Source of the DNA: Fibrobacteria bacterium
GTDB taxonomy: Bacteria; Fibrobacterota; Fibrobacteria; UBA5070
DNA: 64,000 bases
Reading direction: 5' to 3'
Assembly: GCA_035913415.1 (NCBI GenBank)
Contig: JAMIIV010000004.1
Location: 57,767 to 121,766 of the forward strand
The notes beneath the pieces are model-generated. The model had not been told where the DNA came from. It saw nothing but the letters and a program-made list of their open reading frames with translations, and did no database searches. Position numbers and translations under genes: made by a program. Positions 59,651 to 64,000 of the stretch are shown here, piece after piece. Position 1 is the stretch's first letter, and every line of letters starts with the position of its first letter.

Positions 59651-61441
59651 ATGGATCGCAAGACATTGCTGACGCTGGTGGCCGTTACGGTCGCTTTCGT
59701 CTTCTTCACGAGTGACACCTGGCACAAGCTCGTTCGCCGCACCCTCGGACTCCCCGAGCCGGCGAAGATCGAGCAACTCACCGACTCGACCGCCACCGCG
59801 GCCAAGAAGGACACCACCACCCCCAGTCTGGTCGCACCGGCCGGCAGCGACACCTCGGTGGGAACCGACTCCGGTGTCGCTGCTTCCGTTGTGACGGATT
59901 CTGTCGTTCCGGCCCGTTCCATCGTGGTGAACACCCCGCGTTACCGCGTGGTGTTGTCCACCCGCGGCGGGCGCCTGGAAGGCGTGACCTTGCGCGGCGT
60001 GACCTCCCGCGCCGGACGGCACCCCGAGCTGATCCCCCAGGGACGCGGCGGCGCCTTGTCGCTGGAAGTCGCCGACCAGCCTCTGGATGCCAAGGTGTTC
60101 TCCCTCGAGGGCGAAGTCCCCGATTCCGTGACCCTCACCGACAAGGATTCCTTCGACCTGCGCATGGTCTGGAGCGAAGGCGGCAAGGCGGTCGGACGCC
60201 GGTTCCTGTTCCGCGGCGCCTCCGACGGCATCCGTTCCTGGGTGACCACCCAGGGATTCCAGGAACCCGCCCTGCGGTTGTCCTGGAACGCGGGGCTGCT
60301 GCAGGTGGACTCCGCCGAACTGAAGATCCCCTTCGGGCCTCCGCACTTCAACGATCTGGTCTGGCGCGATGCCAAGGAAGTCGCAAGCCACAACAGCAAC
60401 GACTCCAAATCCGCTTCGGGCCCGTTGCGCTGGGTGGGCATCCGTGGACAATACCAGATTGGCCTGGTGCTGTTCGACTCGCTGCGCGAGAAGGTCGACC
60501 TCGACGCCGACACCCTGGCGGCGGTCGATGGTCACGACGAGCGCAGCTACCGCTGGCGCGCCCGCTGGCGCCCCGATGCCGGCATCGACAGCTTCACCAT
60601 CCTGGCGGCTCCGTTGGAAGTGGGGGCTCTCAAGGTCTGGGATGCCGGACTCGAAAAGGTGTTGTTCAACGGCTGGGGCTGGTTCTTCCGCGCCGACATC
60701 TGGTTCCCCCAGTTGTGCCTGTTCGTTCTGTGGATGCTCAAGGCCTTCTACGACCTGATCCCCAACTGGGGCGTCGCGATCATCCTGCTCACGGTGGTCG
60801 CCCGCCTGGCGGTCTTTCCGCTGACCTGGAAACAGGTCAAGCAGTCCAAGCGCATGGCGATCGTGATGCCCGCGCTGAAGCCCCAGCTCGAGGCGCTCAA
60901 GGAGAAGTACAAGAGCGACCCGCGCCAGTTGCAAGTGGAGACCATGCGCGTCTACAACGAGAACGGCGTGAATCCTCTGGCCACCATGGCCGGATGCCTG
61001 CCCCTGTTCCTCCAGATGCCCGTGTTCTTCGCGCTGTACATGGTGCTCGGACGCGCCATCGAGCTTCGCGGTGCGCCGTTCTTCGCCTGGATCAATGATC
61101 TGTCGCAACCCGACGTGATTCTGCCCTTGGTCAAGATCCCCCTCATCTTCCCGTTGGGCATCACCATCCTGCCGCTCTTCATGGCCGGATCGCTGCTTTG
61201 GCTCAACAAGATGACGATCAAGGACCCGCAGCAGCAGGCCCTGGTCTACATGATGCCCATCATGATGCTGGTGTTCTCGGGTTCGTTCCCGTCGGGCCTG
61301 GTGCTGTACTGGACCATTTCCAACCTCTTCTCGGTCCTTCAGACCTGGGTGGTGAACGTGGGGCCGGCTCCGGTTCCCACCGTGGAAGTCCACGGGACCC
61401 CCAAGCCCAAGCCGCCTCGCAAGCCCAAGTCCAAGGGCTGA
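59651..61441 (+). CDS. yidC: membrane protein insertase YidC
   Basis: 596 aa. N-terminal TM helix, large periplasmic domain, and conserved C-terminal 5-TM core (...PLIFPLGITILPLFMAGS...). Confidence 0.9.
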   Translation: MDRKTLLTLVAVTVAFVFFTSDTWHKLVRRTLGLPEPAKIEQLTDSTATAAKKDTTTPSLVAPAGSDTSVGTDSGVAASVVTDSVVPARSIVVNTPRYRVVLSTRGGRLEGVTLRGVTSRAGRHPELIPQGRGGALSLEVADQPLDAKVFSLEGEVPDSVTLTDKDSFDLRMVWSEGGKAVGRRFLFRGASDGIRSWVTTQGFQEPALRLSWNAGLLQVDSAELKIPFGPPHFNDLVWRDAKEVASHNSNDSKSASGPLRWVGIRGQYQIGLVLFDSLREKVDLDADTLAAVDGHDERSYRWRARWRPDAGIDSFTILAAPLEVGALKVWDAGLEKVLFNGWGWFFRADIWFPQLCLFVLWMLKAFYDLIPNWGVAIILLTVVARLAVFPLTWKQVKQSKRMAIVMPALKPQLEALKEKYKSDPRQLQVETMRVYNENGVNPLATMAGCLPLFLQMPVFFALYMVLGRAIELRGAPFFAWINDLSQPDVILPLVKIPLIFPLGITILPLFMAGSLLWLNKMTIKDPQQQALVYMMPIMMLVFSGSFPSGLVLYWTISNLFSVLQTWVVNVGPAPVPTVEVHGTPKPKPPRKPKSKG

Positions 61442-61483
61442 TCGGCAAATCGGGTTTGGGGCCATCGCCCCCCCAATACAAAA

Positions 61484-61519
61484 GCGCCGCGGAGATTCCT
61501 CTCCGTGGCGCTTTGCGTT
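61484..61519 (+). terminator. rho-independent terminator after yidC (10-bp stem with one mismatch, followed by TTTGCGTT)
   Basis: GCGCCGCGGAGattcctcTCCGTGGCGC followed by tttgcgtt. Confidence 0.5.
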
Positions 61520-61577
61520 CCAGGGTAGCCTGAACATAATGCTTGCTCATTTGTTCAGTATTCGGTAGATTCCCCTC

Positions 61578-62552
61578 ATGTCCCCCGCCCCCGATACCCC
61601 TGCCCCGGTATCGTTGCCGCACGATGAATTCTTCAAGGAGATCTTCGGCGACATCGAACACGCACGCGACCTGATCCACGGAATCCTGCCGCCAGACTTG
61701 CTGGAGATTCTCGACCTCGCGCACCTCCAGCGCGAGAATACCTCCTTCCTGACGGCTCAACTCGCCGAAGACTTCGCCGATCTTGTCTTCACGTGCCCGG
61801 TCACTGGAGGCTCGGCCCTGGTCGCGCTGCTTCTGGAGCACAAGAGCTGGGCTCCACGCTATCCACACCTGCAGCTCCTTGCGTACATGCTGGGCGTCTG
61901 GGAACAATCCGAGAAGGATGGACGCCCCCTGCCGCCGGTCATTCCCATCGTTCTGTACAACGGCCAGGGGGCCTGGAAGGTACGCGAATTCTCCACCTGC
62001 TTTCCCCATCTACCGGACCGTCTGCGCGCCTTCCTTCCTGAATTCAGATTCCTGTTGCTTGATCTCGCTCACGAGCCTCTGGCCCCCCTGCGGGAGCGTT
62101 TCCACAATCGCTCCGTTCAGGTGGCCATTGAGCTGATGCGCGCGATCTTCACCCCCACCGAAGTGACCGCTCTGATGCGGCGCCTGACGCCCGCCGACGG
62201 TCCGCCCGACCGCGACCTGGCTTACCGCTTCCTGCGGGTGGTGCTTCGGTATATTTTCACACGTAGCGATGTCGACCAACGCGAAGCCCTGAATCTGGCG
62301 CTCAACCCTGAAATCCGGAGACTGGCCATGACCTTGGAAGAACAGATCCTCCAACGCGGGGAACAGCGAGGCATCCAGCAAGGCCTTGTTCAAGGTCTGG
62401 AGCAAGGCCTTGAACAGGGTCTTGAGCAGGGCCTTGAGCGAGGTGCTCGCGTCGCCAAAATGGAAGATGCCCGAAAGCTGCGCGACCATGGCGTGGCTTG
62501 GGCGATCATCACGGACGCCACGGGTGTGACGCCCGCGGATCTGGAAGACTGA
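61578..62552 (+). CDS. Rpn-family (YhgA-like) recombination-promoting PD-(D/E)XK nuclease / putative transposase
   Basis: N-terminal HDEFFKEIFGDIEHARDLIHGILP matches the Rpn N-terminal motif. C-terminal QGLVQGLEQGLEQGLEQGLERG repeat is typical of Rpn proteins. 324 aa. Confidence 0.75.
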   Translation: MSPAPDTPAPVSLPHDEFFKEIFGDIEHARDLIHGILPPDLLEILDLAHLQRENTSFLTAQLAEDFADLVFTCPVTGGSALVALLLEHKSWAPRYPHLQLLAYMLGVWEQSEKDGRPLPPVIPIVLYNGQGAWKVREFSTCFPHLPDRLRAFLPEFRFLLLDLAHEPLAPLRERFHNRSVQVAIELMRAIFTPTEVTALMRRLTPADGPPDRDLAYRFLRVVLRYIFTRSDVDQREALNLALNPEIRRLAMTLEEQILQRGEQRGIQQGLVQGLEQGLEQGLEQGLERGARVAKMEDARKLRDHGVAWAIITDATGVTPADLED

Positions 62553-62595
62553 AAGAGCAAGAAGAAGCCCCCGCGCCGGATTGCCGGGCGGGGGC
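62552..62595 (-). terminator. rho-independent terminator (minus strand) for the acyl-CoA synthetase gene
   Basis: Minus-strand read: GCCCCCGCCCGGCAATCCGGCGCGGGGGC followed by TTCTTCTTGCTCTTT. Confidence 0.45.
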
Positions 62596-62627
62596 GAAGT
62601 GTCGGGCCTTTGGTGGTCGAGGCAGGA

Positions 62628-64000
62628 TCAGGCGGTGGTGGTCTCCAGGGCCTTCTTCTTCAGGGCGCCCAGGTCCAGTTTTCCGGTGCCCAGCACCGGG
62701 AACGCCTCGATGGCCTGGAAGTGGGCGCGTTTGGGGATCCAAAGGGCCGGCAGACCCGCTTCCTTGAGGCTGGCCAGGGCGGCATCCCAACGCTCCTCGG
62801 GCAGGGTGCACAACACGGCCAGGCGTTCGCCTTTGCCTTCCTGCGGCACACCGACCACCGCGAAGGCACGTTCCACTTCGCCCGAGGCCTTCTGGAGCTC
62901 TTCCTCGATGCGCACGTGGGGCACCATCTCGCCGCCGATCTTGGAGAAGCGGGCCAAACGGTCGACCAGATGCAGGAACCCGTCTTCATCGACGCGTCCG
63001 ATGTCCATGGTGACATACCAGCCGTGGTGGAAGGCGGCCTTGGTGGCTTCGGGATTTTCCCAGTACCCCGACATGACGTTGGATCCGCGCACCAGCACCA
63101 GGCCCTCTTCGTTGGCGCCCAGTTCGCGATCCCAGTCGGTGTGGTCCACCACGCGCACGGCCACGCCGGGCAAGGGGCGGCCCACCGAGCCGTGGCGCGA
63201 ACCGGTTTGGGTCATGGCGGTTCCGGCGATGTCTTCCCCCACCCAGTCCGGACCGTTCACGGCCACGATGGGGGAACACTCGGTGGCGCCGTAGCCTTCG
63301 CGGGGCACCAGCTTCCACTCGGTGTGCACGGCCTCCCGCAGGGCGCTGGAGAGTTTTTCAGCACCGGTGACCAGGTGGCGCAAGGTCTGGAACTTCGCGG
63401 CGTCCACACGGCGCAGGTAGCTCTCGAGGAAGGTGGGGGTGGTGACCAGCACGGTGGCCTTGGATTTTTCGACCAGGTCACCGACCACGCGGGCTTCGGT
63501 GGGATTGGGGTGGAAGGCCGCGCCGCAGTGGGCGGCGATGGGCAACCAGATGGTGCCCGTGAAACCGAAGGCGTGGAAGAACGGCAGGGTGCCGGCCACC
63601 ACGTCGCTTCCTTCCAGTCCGTAGAGGTTCATGATGCCGTGCAGGTTGGACAACACGTTGCGGTGGGTGAGAGGCACCCCCTTGGGGACACCCGTCGAGC
63701 CCGACGAGAACAGGATGGTGGCCACGTCCTCGATACGCGGGGTGCGGCGTCCCAGCCAGCGTGCCGACACGGCCACGGGCAGGGCTGCGGCCACGAAGCC
63801 GCCGATCTTCTGGCCCAGAGTCAGGCGCGGCGGAAGGTCTTCCATGAACAACGCGCGGCCCGGGCATTCGATGCCCAGCTTCTGGAGGAACTTCTTCGAG
63901 GTGATCACCGTCGAAATGCCCGCCTTGGCCACGGCGCCCTGCATCGCTTCGCGGGAGGCCGTGAAGTTCAGGTTCACCGGAATGCACCCGGCCAGGGTCA
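62628..64000 (-). CDS. AMP-dependent synthetase/ligase (acyl-CoA/acyl-ACP synthetase), 5'-truncated by window end
   Basis: SSGSTGVPKGV (AMP-binding), GYGATE, and a C-terminal Lys motif. The ORF is open to the window edge. Confidence 0.8.
   Translation of the reverse strand, partial: TLAGCIPVNLNFTASREAMQGAVAKAGISTVITSKKFLQKLGIECPGRALFMEDLPPRLTLGQKIGGFVAAALPVAVSARWLGRRTPRIEDVATILFSSGSTGVPKGVPLTHRNVLSNLHGIMNLYGLEGSDVVAGTLPFFHAFGFTGTIWLPIAAHCGAAFHPNPTEARVVGDLVEKSKATVLVTTPTFLESYLRRVDAAKFQTLRHLVTGAEKLSSALREAVHTEWKLVPREGYGATECSPIVAVNGPDWVGEDIAGTAMTQTGSRHGSVGRPLPGVAVRVVDHTDWDRELGANEEGLVLVRGSNVMSGYWENPEATKAAFHHGWYVTMDIGRVDEDGFLHLVDRLARFSKIGGEMVPHVRIEEELQKASGEVERAFAVVGVPQEGKGERLAVLCTLPEERWDAALASLKEAGLPALWIPKRAHFQAIEAFPVLGTGKLDLGALKKKALETTTA

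Larger units (their letters stand above)
61520..62600. mobile_element. ~1-kb lower-GC insertion carrying a solitary Rpn-family nuclease gene
   Basis: Local GC drop and an AT-rich upstream region with a TGAACA...TGTTCA inverted repeat. Flanked by the yidC terminator and the acyl-CoA synthetase terminator. Confidence 0.3.

Overview
This is a high-GC (~65-70%) bacterial chromosomal window with about 60 protein genes, mostly in long translationally coupled operons with 4-nt ATGA/GTGA start/stop overlaps. Coordinates follow the reading frames of the supplied ORF track; at two sites (near 1186 and 19585) manual line-counting differed from the track by 1 nt.

Main blocks, in order:
- A TIGR02147-family HTH-like protein and a lipoprotein, divergent from a secreted beta-helix glycoside hydrolase.
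- A ~2.3-kb lower-GC cassette: an SbtA/DUF897-type permease flanked by two paralogous Gly/Cys-rich secreted membrane proteins.
- An 11.5-kb minus-strand operon: TetR-TolC-HlyD-2x ABC ATPase-2x ABC-2 permease, followed by two secreted carbohydrate-active proteins.
- An MFS (Bcr/CflA) transporter and a metallophosphoesterase lipoprotein.
- Central metabolism: monomeric isocitrate dehydrogenase, lpdA divergent from pdhA-pdhB-E2.
- A secreted GH5 / NHL-propeller / lipoprotein cluster with C-terminal sorting-domain-like tails.
- Small His-rich and Spy-like secreted proteins plus an outer-membrane protein.
- A TPR-lipoprotein / Hanks-type Ser/Thr kinase / FHA-domain sigma-54 activator operon.
- bioH-bioC with an adjacent 4HBT thioesterase.
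- An OMP / 7TM sensor kinase / NtrC-type sigma-54 regulator operon.
- The housekeeping block ctp-ftsY-trxA and rpmH-rnpA-yidD-yidC.
- A low-GC insertion carrying an Rpn (YhgA-like) nuclease gene.
- A 5'-truncated acyl-CoA synthetase gene running off the window end.

The most notable non-coding structure:
- Two tandem ~199-bp repeats downstream of lpdA, each with a perfectly conserved intrinsic-terminator stem and an anti-Shine-Dalgarno C/U-rich motif.
- A nested-palindromic ~190-270-bp element present twice in opposite orientation (26573-26763 and 44174-44444).
- A re-used 34-nt terminator hairpin.
- Several sigma-54-type promoter motifs, including a compact promoter / 23-aa ORF / terminator unit in the tetR-MFS intergenic region.

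The TIGR02147 family, the Por/T9SS-like C-terminal tails and the heavy use of sigma-54 suggest a high-GC FCB-group (Fibrobacterota-like) organism. No rRNA, tRNA or CRISPR array was recognised.
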